A stretch of 63,047 nucleotides of DNA, the filler included, from Sphacelaria rigidula (Eukaryota), in NCBI GenBank assembly GCA_964200075.2. It is 11 parts of 11 records of this genome, joined end to end, with 100 filler letters (N's around TTAATTAATTAA, not from the genome) between each part and the next. Parts side by side here need not be neighbours in the genome. Positions count along the whole stretch, not along the records: positions 57,408 to 63,047 come from CAXNAA020025645.1; 10 more parts are not named here. One strand, given 5' to 3'. A model generated the notes under the pieces. That model saw nothing but the letters and a program-made list of their open reading frames with translations, did no database searches and was not told the DNA's origin. A program made the position numbers and the translations under genes. Shown here piece after piece: positions 61,737 to 63,047 of the stretch (position 1 is the stretch's first letter; each line of letters opens with the position of its first letter).

Positions 61737-63047
61737 ATAGCTCGAGCTAGCTCTTTTCGAGCGTAGCTCCCTGGTGAGCTATGAGAGCTACATGAGCTAC
61801 GCATGTTTTTCCTGGGGTGAGCTGTGAGAGCTGTATGAGCTACGCATGTTTAGCGTACGTGAGCTACCAATCCGTAGCTCATCCTCCCATATCCGTCCTG
61901 GGAGAGCTATGGGAGCTGTATGAGCTACGCACGTTTGCGATAGGTGAGCTACCAACCCGTAGCTCATCAGCTCAGATTTGTTCTGGGTGAGCTATGAGAG
62001 CTGCATGAGCTACGCATGTTTGCCCCGGATGAGCTATGAGAGATGCATGAGCTACACATGTTTACCCTGGATGAGCGATGAGAGCTAGGTGAGCTGCGAA
62101 TAATTGCCCTGGATGAGCTATAAGAGCTATGAGAGAGCTACGATTGCTCATCCCTTTGACAGCGAGGGTAGGGGGTCTCTGAATCGGCATCATTCACACT
62201 CGAAAAATCAAGTAAATTATGCTGATTTATCAGATTGCCTACCCTCGCGGTCAAAGGGCTAACCCCTTGACGGCGAGCATGAGTCATCTGTTGAATCGGC
62301 TCCAATTTCACTTGAAAAACGTATGCATGACCAGATGGAATCGTACCCTCGCGACCAACCGATCAAAAGAAATGTAGTGGTCGATTATTGTAGACTGAAT
62401 AACAACACTTTTTTTCAATCATCCGACCATGCGAACGAGGATATGTGTTGGCTTCTTTTCTTCCTATCGCAAAGAGTAAGGCAAAACATCAGAACCTTAT
62501 GATATGTGGTGCTATCGTTCGAACCGTTCGAACAAGAATGTTGCATCATGAGCGACACGGGGTTGGCCAGCGGCGCGCTAGGCATATGACGTGAGTGAGC
62601 CACGACCATGTTTCCCTGGGGTGAGCTACCGGGCGTAGCTCATCAGCTCATGTTTTCCCCGGGTGAGCTACAAGAGCTGCGTGAGCTACACATGTTTGCC
62701 TTGGGTGAGTTATCGAGCGTAGCTCATCCGCATATGTTTGCCCTGGGTGAGCTGTGAGAGCTACAGTACATGAGCTGCACACGTTTGCCCTGGGTGAGCT
62801 GTCAACCCGTAGCTCATCAGCTCATATTCGCACTGAGTGAGCTATGAGAGCTGTATGAGCTACGCACGTTTGCGATAGGTGAGCTACCAACCCGTAGCTC
62901 ATCAGCTCAGATTCGTTCTGGGTGAGCTATGAGAGCTGCATGAGCTATGCATGTTTGCCCTGGGTGAGCTACCAACCCGTACCTCATCAGCTCATATTCG
63001 CCCTGGGTGAGCTATGAGAGCTGCATGAGCTACGCATGTTTGCCCTA
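61737..63047 (+). repeat. GAGCT-rich minisatellite (~41-bp unit), interrupted at ~62150-62605
   Basis: GGGTGAGCTATGAGAGCTGCATGAGCTACGCATGTTTGCCCT, alternating with the variant GGTGAGCTACCAACCCGTAGCTCATCAGCTCA. Confidence 0.92.
62152..62258. mobile_element. piggyBac-like mini-element (107 bp), with a degenerate tandem copy at ~62263-62360
   Basis: TIR CCCTTTGACAGCGAGGGTAG / CTACCCTCGCGGTCAAAGGG; CTAA (TTAA-like) between the two copies; left flank TCAT. Confidence 0.6.

Noticed and set aside
61737..63047. CRISPR-like appearance of the GAGCT repeats
   Set aside because: No unique spacers, degenerate tandem units, no cas genes, eukaryotic context.

Overview
This window is eukaryotic DNA, not one locus. 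It is 11 size-sorted contigs (seven of 5641 bp, then four of 5640 bp) joined by ten identical 100-bp artificial linkers (N44-TTAATTAATTAA-N44), so adjacency across linkers is meaningless and most ORFs in the track are spurious. The content resembles a repeat-rich brown-algal (Phaeophyceae-like) nuclear genome; this is inferred from the style of the TEs, the GT-AG introns and a stramenopile-like plastid transit exon. Identified elements: three Ty3/gypsy LTR retrotransposon families (one with an almost intact pol), a Ty1/copia gag-protease remnant, a LINE RT fragment, LINE/SINE 3' tails, two tRNA-derived SINE families, several MITEs (mariner-like, hAT-like, piggyBac-like, and one carrying TTAGGG repeats), satellites, two spliced exons of a WD40 gene and one probable transit-peptide exon. 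The main observation is that in all three gypsy families the 5' LTR (TG...CA) is not followed by a tRNA primer-binding site (TGG...). Instead a 14-nt hairpin starts exactly on the terminal A of the LTR and shows compensatory substitutions: AATGA-ACGT-TCATT, AATAA-ACGT-TTATT and AATAT-TTCG-ATATT. This geometry suggests tRNA-independent fold-back priming of reverse transcription, which is a hypothesis.
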